A stretch of DNA of 64,000 nt, taken from positions 60,266,001 through 60,330,000 of the forward strand of contig CM059438.1 in NCBI GenBank assembly GCA_030390025.1. Reading direction: 5' to 3'. The DNA comes from Squalus acanthias. Taxonomy: Eukaryota. The translations under genes were made by a program, and so were the position numbers. Of the stretch, positions 1-10,185 are shown one piece after another. Every line of letters starts with the position of its first letter. Positions within the stretch are counted from its first letter, which is position 1. The notes below the pieces were generated by a model. It was not told the DNA's origin. It saw only the letters and a list, made by a program, of their open reading frames with translations, and did no database searches.

Positions 1-1551
1 AATGTTCTCTACCCGATACACCGGGGCGGGCTTTGCTGTGTCGCCCAAAACCGGCATACGTAATACTATTCCCATGATAGTATGGTTTGATCGTCCGCAG
101 TCCACGGGGACTGGGTAAGCTTCTGAAGCTAGCCTGAGCTGGCACGGACTTAATGCGTTCTGAAAAGGGTGGAGCGCTCGCAGGTGTTTGTTACTTATCC
201 AGGACGGGACCAAACCTTGTTTTAAATCCTCCAAATTACTGCGGCCCTCGCCCAGTAACCACGCCCCGTAAAGCACGCACACCTCGTTCTGCGCAGCTTG
301 ATCGGATGCATTCCGATCTTCCCTAATCAGGGCATTTACCGTCTTTGCATGTTTCTCTAACTCTGCTATAATTTCCTTTAAATGGAGAGTCATGGCTTGG
401 TCCTCGTGTAAACCCGACCCTACCACTTTATTCTCATCTGTTAGAATGTCTTTTAATTGTGTCTTTAAACCATTAATCTGGGTCTGCAGCTCCACACTGT
501 CTAGAGCGTTGACCACAGATGTACCCGTGTTAAAAGCAGTGAACGCGTCGTTCACTACACCCCTTCTTTGCCTCCCTACTTGATCCAAAACTTCATGTGG
601 TGCGGTGTACAAACTTGTTTTATCAATTTCCGCGAAATCGAATTCGTAAAATTGTCTGAACATCTTGGTCAACAGGACCTGATACAACTGTTCCGTCTTT
701 TTGGGGCACCACTCTGGTAACCGCACCTCGGTGAGATTTAAAATCACCGAGGCCACCGCGTAATGTACCCCCTGGAATAGTATCTGGTCTGTGGGGACCA
801 GTACCAAACCATTCCCGGGTCCCTTACTAGTTTTTGGGCACCCTTCCTCCTCAGCTAGAACCACCGGAATCGTGGGCGGGGCTTTGTGTGGGCGCGTAAT
901 GAGTTCAGTGGCATTTACTGGTATCGGGGAGAATGGGGCTCCGCACCCCCTGGTGCTCGCATCCCACCTCATCCCCTGTCCGTTATCCTGCCATTGATTA
1001 ATGAAAAATATGGAGATGCCTTTGGGGCAAACGTACTTTGACCCCCACATACATACATAAATTCCCTCATCCGGTTCCCACCATTTGTCCCAACAGACTC
1101 TCACTTGTCCGTTTGTCCCCGTAATTGTCCGATGGGTATTATTACCCAGTCGTTCCCACTCGACCGAAGAGTTCCTCATGTTTTTGCTCAGCTTTCGCAG
1201 CCACCACCATCGGCTCAATGGGACATTCCCACTACAAGTCAAACAAATCCGTTTGCCGACGGTGACGCTGATCCTGGGTGCGATGATCCTTACTTTGGGG
1301 CACATTAAAGAAGTCTCTTGGTAGGCAAACCCCGATGTGCTGGAATACTCCGTTGAGTTCGTTCCCAGCCATCCTGGCCACCTTCCCTTGTGGAAATAGG
1401 TGGTGGTCTCCTCAGCCTCCCGTCTTCCGGTCCCATCCACCGCGATGGGGGCCGTGTCCCCGGAGCATCCAAACACCACGACATCCTTGGTGCGGCCTCG
1501 ATAGGCCAATCCACATCCGATTGCCGCGAGCAATACCAGAATTCGTTCCAT
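1..1551 (-). CDS. env: Envelope/fusion glycoprotein (partial, 3' end outside window)
   Basis: Manual translation from ATG at 1551 is open to base 1 (517 codons). Signal peptide MERILVLLAAIGCGLA; Ig-like motifs VTVGKRICLTC..RWWW..DEGIYVC; furin site RQRR (562-573); putative fusion peptide GVVNDAFTAFNTGTSVVNAL; heptad repeat. Splice acceptor ctcattctatctgatcgcag just upstream (~1565). Confidence 0.85.
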   Translation of the reverse strand, partial: MERILVLLAAIGCGLAYRGRTKDVVVFGCSGDTAPIAVDGTGRREAEETTTYFHKGRWPGWLGTNSTEYSSTSGFAYQETSLMCPKVRIIAPRISVTVGKRICLTCSGNVPLSRWWWLRKLSKNMRNSSVEWERLGNNTHRTITGTNGQVRVCWDKWWEPDEGIYVCMWGSKYVCPKGISIFFINQWQDNGQGMRWDASTRGCGAPFSPIPVNATELITRPHKAPPTIPVVLAEEEGCPKTSKGPGNGLVLVPTDQILFQGVHYAVASVILNLTEVRLPEWCPKKTEQLYQVLLTKMFRQFYEFDFAEIDKTSLYTAPHEVLDQVGRQRRGVVNDAFTAFNTGTSVVNALDSVELQTQINGLKTQLKDILTDENKVVGSGLHEDQAMTLHLKEIIAELEKHAKTVNALIREDRNASDQAAQNEVCVLYGAWLLGEGRSNLEDLKQGLVPSWISNKHLRALHPFQNALSPCQLRLASEAYPVPVDCGRSNHTIMGIVLRMPVLGDTAKPAPVYRVENI

Positions 1552-1868
1552 CCTTCCTTGGTTCCTGCGATCAGATAGAATGAGGTAGCCAGCCTCGCAA
1601 GAGTCTCTGGCTTCTGTGAAGGGTGAGCGGGTCCCCTGACCTCGCCTCACGTAAACTTCAATGTTCGCTGAATAAACTTTAACTAAACCTATCTCTAAAG
1701 CTCCCATCAGTTTATCATTTTCTGTTAAAATTAAACTACAAACTTAACCTGATTTAAAACTTATAAACTTATTCTTAACCTTAAACTATAAACTTAAACT
1801 TAAACTATGAACTTAAAAACTTAAAACTTATTACTGTACAGCGCCGCCCGTTCTCAGGGCGGCCCCTT

Positions 1869-3065
1869 TTAAATTCTGAGAAGGCTGCTGCGAGCTCTTC
1901 CCGACGGTGGGAGGGCTCTGACCTTTTCCTCTGATCTGCCGCAGCCTGTTGCTGCACCGACCCCTTCCTCTGATCTGCCGCAGCCTGTTGCTGCACTGAC
2001 CCCTTCCTCTGATCTGCCGCAGCCTGTTGCTGCACTGACCCCTTCCTCTGATCTGCCGCAGCCTGTTGCTGCACTGACCCCTTCCTCTGATCTGCCGCAG
2101 CCTGTTGCTGCTGCGATGGGGCCGGGCTGTATCTGGGCTGCCTTAACCTTGAGTCTACGCCTTGGGACAGTCTGGGGCCATACCCACATCTTCCTGGGCT
2201 GGGGTTCTCTACTTGACCTACGGGGAGTTGTCAGGGGCAGGGATCCCATGACCGACGGACCGGGTTCCGAGACTTCCATCGGGACGACCTGTGGTTCCAC
2301 CACAGTCGCTGGCTCCGCCTCCGCTGACTCCGCCTCCCTAACCTCGGGACTTGCAGCTTGTGGCTCCGCCCTGCTCGGCCCAGCAGGCGGCCCTTCACTC
2401 GCGATCCCTGCCTCCCCCGAGGGCGGGACGTTCAAAGCGGGCGGCTCGGGCTCGGAGGTTCTCACCGTCACTCCCTGTGGTCTCCCAGCGGCTGGCTCCG
2501 CCTCCCCTAGCTCCTCCCTCCTGTGTTCGGGACCTGCAGCCTCTGTGTCCACCCTGTGTGGATCTCCATCTGCAGCCCGTGTCCTCCCTATACCTAAAAT
2601 GGGGGCGACCCTTTCGTTCCCCAAATCCCCCTCGTCTTCATCACTATCCTCATCTGACTCGAGTTCCCGGAATTCTCCCTCATCTGACTCCCAACCCCAC
2701 AAAAATGCTTCATGATCTTCCAGGATGTCCCCTCCCCTGATGCAAGCTGCTTTGCCTGCCTGTGTGCCTTGTGGTCCTACCTGGGGCTGCGAGTCCCCAC
2801 TCGCAGGTTTTGCCCCTGTGGTTTTCCCTTGCGCACCTGGCTTGTACAGTTTGCACTGGTTTACATCCTCATACTCCCGGCTTTTGGCTACCCTGTCGGC
2901 TGCTTTTATCTCTCTGAGCTGCCCTTCCAGCCCATCTATTTTCCCTATTAAGCGGGCGTTCTCCTCCCGCAAGGCCTGCTCTTTTAACCTGGCCTCCTCA
3001 CCGCAGACCCCCTCCTGTGCGTGTCTTTTAAAAGGACACAGGTAGGCAGGCTGCGTGGGCTCTAG
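1869..3065 (-). CDS. ORF X: in frame after the gag stop; coiled-coil, acidic and Pro/Glu-rich protein without protease, RT or integrase motifs
   Basis: The track ORF 1869..2972 extends 31 codons upstream without a stop to the gag TGA (LEPTQPAYLCPF...). No DTG/DSG protease, YxDD or integrase motifs recognised. Confidence 0.55.
   Translation of the reverse strand, partial: LEPTQPAYLCPFKRHAQEGVCGEEARLKEQALREENARLIGKIDGLEGQLREIKAADRVAKSREYEDVNQCKLYKPGAQGKTTGAKPASGDSQPQVGPQGTQAGKAACIRGGDILEDHEAFLWGWESDEGEFRELESDEDSDEDEGDLGNERVAPILGIGRTRAADGDPHRVDTEAAGPEHRREELGEAEPAAGRPQGVTVRTSEPEPPALNVPPSGEAGIASEGPPAGPSRAEPQAASPEVREAESAEAEPATVVEPQVVPMEVSEPGPSVMGSLPLTTPRRSSREPQPRKMWVWPQTVPRRRLKVKAAQIQPGPIAAATGCGRSEEGVSAATGCGRSEEGVSAATGCGRSEEGVSAATGCGRSEEGVGAATGCGRSEEKVRALPPSGRARSSLLRI
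1920..2112. repeat. 39-bp tandem repeat (~5 copies) inside ORF X
   Basis: gaccccttcctctgatctgccgcagcctgttgctgcact repeated; encodes SAATGCGRSEEGV on the minus strand. Confidence 0.95.
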
Positions 3066-5120
3066 TCATTGGGTACTATTAGACGGTCCTGCGGCACCTA
3101 CGGGGCCGGTAGCAACCGCCACCTTTCCATGTGCACTCAATAATTTGCGCATGGCTCCCAACACTACTTCGAGGTCGTCGGGAGGGGTGGGTGCACTAGC
3201 TTCCCTAGCAGGGACAGGCGTCTGGGCTCGGGCTGCGGGAATTTTATCCCTGGAATCCTTCCAAGGGTTCCTGCAGTTCTTGCGCCAGTGCCCTGTCTTC
3301 CCACACCCGTAACAAGCATTACTTGCCTGCGGGGCGCGATTACCCTCCTGATGCCACTCCCTTTGATACGGGGCTGCGGGTCGTACCTCATGTACTTTTC
3401 CCTTAAGGGGACGTGTTCCCATACCCCTTATATTGCGATATCCTAACGTGAGTCGATTCAAGACCGACTCTTCCGTAATGTTGGGGTCATTGGGATCAAA
3501 CCATGCTTTTGCCTGCTCTCTGACGGCTGGTAAACTGTTGGCTACTATGCACCTAAGCCAGTGATTTAAACCGGCGCCGTCCATATCGTCGCGCTCTAGC
3601 GCACCTAGACAGCTGCGCTGATATACTGGCCACAGCCTGTCGGCAAAAACCTTCGGGGGTTCTCCCTCCATCTGCACTGTCTGTCCCACTCTAGCAAACG
3701 GACCTTCATCGTCCGCCCCCAACACTTCCAGGACCTCATTCTTTAATGCCTCATAAGTCTTGGTTCCCCTCTTGCTCTCGCCCGAGAGACACTGAAGGAT
3801 TGAACTGCCTAACGAAAACAACAGCATCTTTGCTGTTTCCCCATCGTCGCAGCCGTTAATGGCTGCGGTTTGCTCAACTTCCCTGAAATGTACAGAAGGG
3901 TCGTCTGCCTCGGTCAGCTTCCGTACGTGACTTATCATAACCCTCAGCTGGTGTGAGCTGTGAGGCAACACAAGCTGGTTGAGGAGATCCCCTTGTTCCC
4001 CACCGTTTCCGTTTGGGCCCCTTTTGATACCCGTGACCGGACACATAGAAACATAGAATCTAGGTGCAGGAGTAGGCCATTCGGCCCGTCGAGCCTGCCC
4101 CACCATTCAATACGATCATGGCTGATCATCCAAATCCAGTACCCTGTCCCTGCTTTAATCCCCACAGTACACATATCCCACCCTACCCCCGTAACCCCAC
4201 ATATTTAATTCCCCCTAACATATCCCATCCTATCCCCATAACCCCACATATTTAATCCCCCCCCTAACATTAAGGGTCAATTTATCATAGCCAAATCAAC
4301 CTACCCTGCACATTTTTGGACTGTGGGAGGAAACCGGAGCACCCGGAGGAAACCCACGCAGACACGGGGAGAATGTGCAAACTCCACACAGACAGTCACC
4401 CGAGGTCAGATTCGAACCCGGGTCTCTGGCGCTGTGAGGCACCAGTGCTAACCACTATGCCACCGTGTTGCCCTACAGTCCCTTTTCCACTTCTCCCTCA
4501 GTGGGCTCTTTCATTTCTTCTACTACTTCCTCCCTTACCCAGGTTTCCGAATAGCTGGGTGGCGCGGAGGGCGCAGTGGCTAATACTTCCTTTGCTTTAC
4601 TTGGTGGGGATTTCTGAAACTCCTCATTTACTAGCGGCTGGTGTGCTGACGGACTGATAAGGCACACCATGCCGTGCGCTTTGTTCACGGCCTTTTTGAG
4701 GTGCTCTATCTCCTGTTGGCAGGCGCTATGATCGGCCCCCTGAAACTTATCCTCAAGGGCCAACTTATATGCCGCCCTAACCCCCGTTAAGCTTTCTTCC
4801 TGGGTTCTTATCTGGGCAGCTTGGCGGGCACATCGTTCCTTTAGTCTGCCCTCACTTAACTTTGCCTCAGTGACCTGGCACTCGAGGTAATCTATCCTTG
4901 TTTTATGGTGACTGGTGATTTCCTGGCGTTCTTGGTGCAATGCTCTTAAATTCCTAATGAGCAACTCCCCTCCAGAGACCTTCTCATCCATTTCCTCCTC
5001 TAAATGCCTGATCCGAGCTGTTTGCGCTGTAATGACCTGGTTTGAAATCTGGACCTGCCTTTTATAACACATTAACCAGACCGATTTATAAAATCGCGAT
5101 ATATTGCGAATTCTACACAC
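3066..5120 (-). pseudogene. gag: gag-like gene (N-terminal coiled coil, capsid-like region, zinc knuckle) split by a SINE
   Basis: ORFs 4473..5120 and 3066..4106 share a frame. Removing 4044-4475 restores ...EKGL-CPVTGIKRG... CYGCGKTGHWRKNC is a CX2CX4HX4C knuckle. Confidence 0.85.
4044..4473 (-). mobile_element. HE1-like V-SINE inserted in gag
   Basis: tRNA-like head (GGGCAACACGGTGGCATAGTGGTTAGCA...GGTTCGAAT), V-domain GTGGAGTTTGCACATTCTCCCCGTGTCTGCGTGGGTTTCCTCCGGGTGCTCC, CR1-type tail with TTCTATGT repeats. Confidence 0.9.
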
Positions 5121-5995
5121 ATCATCGCAATCAGGGTTCTGTGTACGTCACAGGACCCCGATTTGCAAATTAAAAGTGGCCTCTCACCACGTACAGACAG
5201 ATGGGCCGTCTGCCCATCTCAGGACGCTAGCCAGGGTGGCGGCTGGAACACCAGCGGAAACCGGGCGGGAAGTGACACAACACCATTTTCAGGCTGTTAC
5301 CGTCCCTTTTACACCAGGCGGGGCCCTTCAAATAGGCCACTCTGTCTTGTGGAAATACATTGCAAAGATCCCACATTCAAGCCCAATACAAGGAGGCCTG
5401 AGTCCATTCCATGGGTCACTCGATCAGTGAGGTACAGACACGTACTCACTGCACACAACTGTGAGGAAATGGCGTGACAATTGCTCATTCATTAATCTAA
5501 TCTCACTTTTCCCAGTAAACGCTGGTCCATTGTTGGGAAGCAGGTGCTCGAGCTGTCAATCTGATTTCCAGTTAATGACAGTTACAGATAACAGAAATGC
5601 AAATCTCCCATTCGTCAAACGGCTTCATAAACTACAGGAGTTCATTGTTAAATAAAGAAACCATTCTTAGTTCATTTCTGTTAAATTCTGATTGCTTAAA
5701 AAACATAATTTTACAGAAAGCTCTTTGAATAACAGGAACAAAGCACATGGCAGTCTGTGCACTAGATGTGTACAGTAATGGGGCAGTGAGTTATTAAGGT
5801 ATCTGTGTGTGTACTAGATGTGTACAGTAATGGGGCAGTGAGTTATTAAGGGATCTGTGTGTGTACTAGATGTGTACAGTAATGGGGCAGTGAGTTATTC
5901 AGGTATCTGTGAGTGCACTAGATGTGTACAGTAATGGGACAGTGAGTTATTAAGGAATCTGTGTGTGCGCTAGATGTGCACAGTAATGGGGCAGT
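5115..5995. repeat. Inverted segmental duplicate of ~29650-30530, including a 52-bp minisatellite (5750-5995)
   Basis: Reverse complement matches 29650-30530 closely; ORFs 5104..5430 (+) and 30339..30545 (-) give near-identical peptides. Confidence 0.9.
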
Positions 5996-6175
5996 TTAAA
6001 AGAAATCAGGGTGATTAAAAGTGACCATGAATCTGTCGGATTTTTGTAAAAACCCAACTAGTTCACTAACCTCCTTTAGGGATGGAAACCTGCTGTCCTT
6101 ACCTGGTCTGGCCTATATGTGACTCCAGTCCCACACCAACGTGGTTGACTCTTAATTTCCCTCTGAAGTGCCCTC

Positions 6176-7840
6176 TGTTAGTGGTGGTGGTTTGTGTCAG
6201 CTTCACCTCTGACTTCTGAGCGGTTCGAATCGCTCCCACTCCCTTGGTTCTAGACCTTGGACTTATTTGGGGGTTGTGATAAAAAGTGCAGCAGACAACT
6301 GAGTTTGATGCAAGAACTTTGATCTTTATTTAAGAAAGTAAAACACAACACAAACACTCTTAACACTCTAAAAGTGGGGAACACTTCGGTACAAGCGAGG
6401 GAAATAACATTAAAAGAATACTTCACCCCTCCCAATCCCACTTCACTGGCTAGGTTGGATTCCAGAGGACCAGGGATGATACTCACCAGAATCCTTGACA
6501 GTTGGGTTAGTTCACGGTTTTGGGGTTCACTCTATATGTCGGTTGGTGTCTGCCATACCCCGTACGCGGTAGAGGACTTCAACTGCGTATCTGGTCAGTC
6601 TTTGCGAGTCCGCTGATGGGGTCGGGTGCGTATTGGATTTATCAGGTGAGTACCCACTTTTCTTTAGTTTAGAAGTAGGGTTTAGAGTTTTTTAAGGGAA
6701 AATCTTACCCAGGGGTAAGTCAGGAGTAGATTGTAGAGTGGAAACTTTGCGGTTCTTCGGTTTTTCTTCGAGTTGGTTTTCTTTGGTCGCGGTGGCCCGA
6801 ATACTGGTACTTGGTGTTTGGTTGGTTGTTTCTTGAGGGCCTTGTGGCCGCGAGCTGTCCGATGGTCACTGAGGCGGTCGTTCTGGGTTCTTCTCGTGTC
6901 AGCCTACTTTGTTGGATGGTCTGGCCTTCGAGCTGTCGACCTCCTGGCTGGACACGGAACGCTGAATGGTGTTGGTTTTAGAACTGTGTTGCGGAGAATG
7001 CCTCCGTTGATGTCTTCTTGTTCTTCTTTCCTCTTCTTCTTTTTCATGATGCGGAGATGCCGGTGTTGGACTGGGGTGGACAAAAATGAGAAGTCGCACA
7101 ACACCAGGTTATAGTCCAACAGTTTTATTTAAAATTACGAGCTTTCGGAGCTGCTGCCCCATCGTCAGGTAGGCGTTAGTTTTGGCGGGCTCGTTAACGG
7201 TAACGATTTTAGTAATGTGTTAACTGGTTTAAAACAGGCCTTCAATCTCACCCATTGAGCATGGCCTTATCTGCGCGTCAAATCTTGTCTTGCTCTTTGT
7301 GAGGTTTTGGCAGGCTCGTCACCAGTAACTGTTCTGTAAGTGTCAACTGGCTTTTGGGATGGCTTGCATCCTGTCGATCTCCTCGGTTGATTACAGGTGA
7401 TTGGTTTTGTGTTTGGTTTTCTTGGTTGGGCCTGTAATTTTTATAGGGTAAGCCGAAGTAATTTGTTTTATGCATGTCTTAATGGGCTCTGTAGCTTGGG
7501 GTGGAGACTGTTCTCCTCGGGTTTATTGTTAGGATGCTAATGTCTGATAGGAGCCGATTTAAACTTCCAGCGAGATCATGCGGTTCCCCAGACAGTTCCC
7601 ATTAGCTCCAATACCCAAACTGGTTTTACAGAGGTTGAGCCCACCTTCCTTCACAGCCTTTTCCCTTACAAGTCCAGACATGTCTTTTAAAATCCCAAAT
7701 CTTGGTTTTGCTCGAAAGGTCCTTCGGTTTAGGCCCAATGCTCTTCACCACCCCTGTAGTAGCTAGGAAAGAGTCCAAAGTATTTTTCCTTAGGGTTTTT
7801 CTTAGAGTTAGGGGGATCTGTGAATTTTGAGAATCTTACA
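6176..7840 (-). mobile_element. Solo LTR (~1.67 kb)
   Basis: TG...CA termini, 4-bp TSD CCTC (6172-6175 and 7841-7844), minus-strand AATAAA near 6326. Related in inverted orientation to 21158-22861. Confidence 0.8.
7045..7170 (-). mobile_element. Penelope-like element terminal fragment with hammerhead-like core, inside the LTR
   Basis: Minus strand reads CTGACGA-TGGGGC-AGCA-GCTCC-GAAA. Confidence 0.55.
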
Positions 7841-8302
7841 CCTCGCAAGCCCCTCAGTTACTTCAAGAAGAAGGTCCACCTTCTCAGAGCAACCAGGGAT
7901 GGATATTAAATGCCGGCCTTGTCAGCGACGTCCACATCCCCAGAATTAATATTTAAAAACTCCATCGAACCACAGAAGTTTGCAGCACAGAAGGAGGCCA
8001 CTGTCTCCCCACACTTACTGCTGGAATCTAAGTCCGCAGCCTCCGGCACCTCCCTTGTCCACTGCCCACCACTTCCAAACCTAAAAGAAAGAGAAAAATG
8101 AAACAAAAGATACAAAAGAAGAAGACAATGGAGAGAGAATCAGAAAAGAAGACAAAGGGGGAGAGTGGTTAAAGAGAGAAACATAACCGTTACCAGCAGC
8201 AACACACAGATGAACCACAAGTGAGAGAGAGATCGTGTGCACTGATTCACCTTGAGCAACACCATAGAGACCCACTCATATATTGTTCAAAGTTTTCTGT
8301 AA

Positions 8303-8655
8303 GGAACATAGGAACAGGAGGAGGCCATTCAGCCCCTCGAGCCTGCTCCGCCATTCAATGAGATCATGGCTGATCTGTACCTCAACTCCATTTACCCGCC
8401 TTTGATCCCTATCCCTCAATACCATTGCCTAACAGAAATCTATCAGTCTCAGTCTTGAAAGCTCCAACATCCAGAACCTTTTCTGGGAGAGAGTTCCAGA
8501 TTTCCACTACCCTTTGTGTGTAAAGTTGCTTCCTGATGCCACTCCTGAACGGCCTAGCTCTAATTTTAAGATTGTGCCCCTTGTTCTGGATTCCTCCGTC
8601 AGAGAAAATCGTTTCTCTGCATCTGCCCTATCAAATCCCTTTATCATTTTAAACA
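8303..8655 (-). mobile_element. CR1 LINE 3' fragment
   Basis: FKMIKGFDRADAEKRF..SRTRG C-terminal motif plus the CR1 3' UTR and tail. Confidence 0.8.
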
Positions 8656-8904
8656 CCTCTTTCTTTCTCTCTGACTGGCAGACGTGACTTATGCTGCCAG
8701 TAGCTTCCTGGAAAGAGCATGAGGCAAACAGATTGAAGGGAGTGGTGACTTTGACTGCCAGTAGCAGCACCATTGCTGCCATGGAGTGTGGCTATAGGTC
8801 CTGCAGCAACAGATCGAAGAGCTCGCCCATCACTTACCAGGGAAATCAAAGCCTTTGAATTACACATTTTGCAAGGTTGGAAATGACCCTGTGGGGCAAT
8901 AAGA

Positions 8905-10185
8905 AAAAGAAAGAACTTGCATTTCTGTAGCGGTTTTCACGACCTCAGAACGACCCAAAGCGATTTACAGCCAATTCAGTACTTTTACAGCATGGTCACT
9001 GTTGTAATGTAGGAAACGCAGCAGCCAATTTGCGCACAGCAAGTTCCCACAAACAGCAATGTGATAATGACCAGATAATGGGGGAAAAATTCAGTTGGTT
9101 GCGCCTCCCGTTAGCGCCTTAAGAGGGCGCTAATGGGGTGCAAAGCATCTAGCGCCCAGGCGCGGCGATGCTTGCGCCGCTCGCGAAATTAACTAGACAT
9201 TTTGCAGCGGCGCTAAACACTACCGCCACGATCTCCTGCGCCGGCAGATCGTGACGTCAGTCGAGTGCGCAACGCCCGGTATCGCCCCGGAGCGGATATT
9301 GAGTGGCGCCCCTTGTCTTACCGCCTGACGCTAGCAACGACAGGTTGAGGGGAGCGTTTTGCAGTTATGAAGGGACTGGGGGAGCGCTATTTAAAGGCGA
9401 CCGCTTCCTGCCTTTTATTGTTGGTGCCATTTTTGAACCATGCATTCTGAGAGAGAGAGAGAGAGACTTCTGGAGAGATTCAACGCTGTGTGAAGGAGTT
9501 TCGGGTACTGAGCAGCACTTTGCAGGTTCATTTTGATTTGCCCTTGTATCGATTTGGAAGAGACTGTGGGGGCTGCACTCTGAGCTCTTTCCCTGGTACT
9601 CTCCATTGTTCTTTCCAGCAGATTTGATGTGCAGGTCTCTCCAGGCCGAGATTCAAGGCTGCAATGAGCAGGATGTGGATGGAAAGCAAGATCAACCATC
9701 CCCTTTAAGAACTGGCCCGTGCCATTGTGTGTGTGTTCCATTGCTGACTGACATCACATGAGCTTCGCCAGCGCTCTGAGGTAGCGCCTCGCTCCTCGGC
9801 CTTTGCACCTTAAGACAGGTGTGAAGCGCCTGATTTAGCGCTCCAATCAACTCCAGGGGCAATAAAAGTCAAGTTTGCAGTCGGAGGCGATAATTAGCGC
9901 CAGGCGTTAATCTTTGCGCCCGGCCGATAATTGCGCCCCAAATGGGGCGATACCGAATTTCTCCCCCAATATGTTTTAGTGATGTTGGTTGAGGGATAAA
10001 TATTGGCCAGGACACCGGGAGAACTCCCCTGCTCTTCTTCCAAATAGTGCTGTGGGATCTTTTACGTCCACCTGAGGGAGCAGACAGGGCCTCGGTTTAA
10101 CGTCACATCCGAAAGACGGCACCTCCGACAGTGCAGCGCTCCCTCAGTATAGCACTGGGGAGTCAGTCAGGATTTTGTCCTCGGG
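8905..10185 (-). mobile_element. SacSINE1-like Deu-SINE interrupted by a MITE
   Basis: Same sequence as the copy at 62340-62755, split at CAGATAAT. Confidence 0.8.
9080..9967. mobile_element. Non-autonomous PIF/Harbinger-like element (MITE)
   Basis: TIRs GGGGGAAAAATT / AATTTCTCCCCC, 3-bp TSD AAT, GC-rich subterminal regions. Confidence 0.75.

Larger units (their letters stand above)
1..5114 (-). mobile_element. Endogenous retrovirus-like element (gag - ORF X - env; no pol; 5' LTR missing; runs off the left edge of the window), lokiretrovirus-like
   Basis: Co-oriented gag with a CCHC knuckle, an in-frame downstream ORF and an env with furin site and heptad repeats. Retroviral sequence stops abruptly at ~5114, where an inverted copy of 29650-30530 begins. 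Confidence 0.8.

Noticed and set aside
2116..2740. Plus-strand ORFs of 199 and 129 aa
   Set aside because: Antisense shadows of the GC-rich ORF X.
4400..4473. tRNA gene (also at 44873-44945)
   Set aside because: These are the tRNA-derived heads of V-SINEs.
6176..7840. This LTR as the 5' LTR of the gag-env element
   Set aside because: It has its own CCTC TSD on both sides, no primer-binding site is evident, and it is separated from gag by unrelated duplicated sequence.
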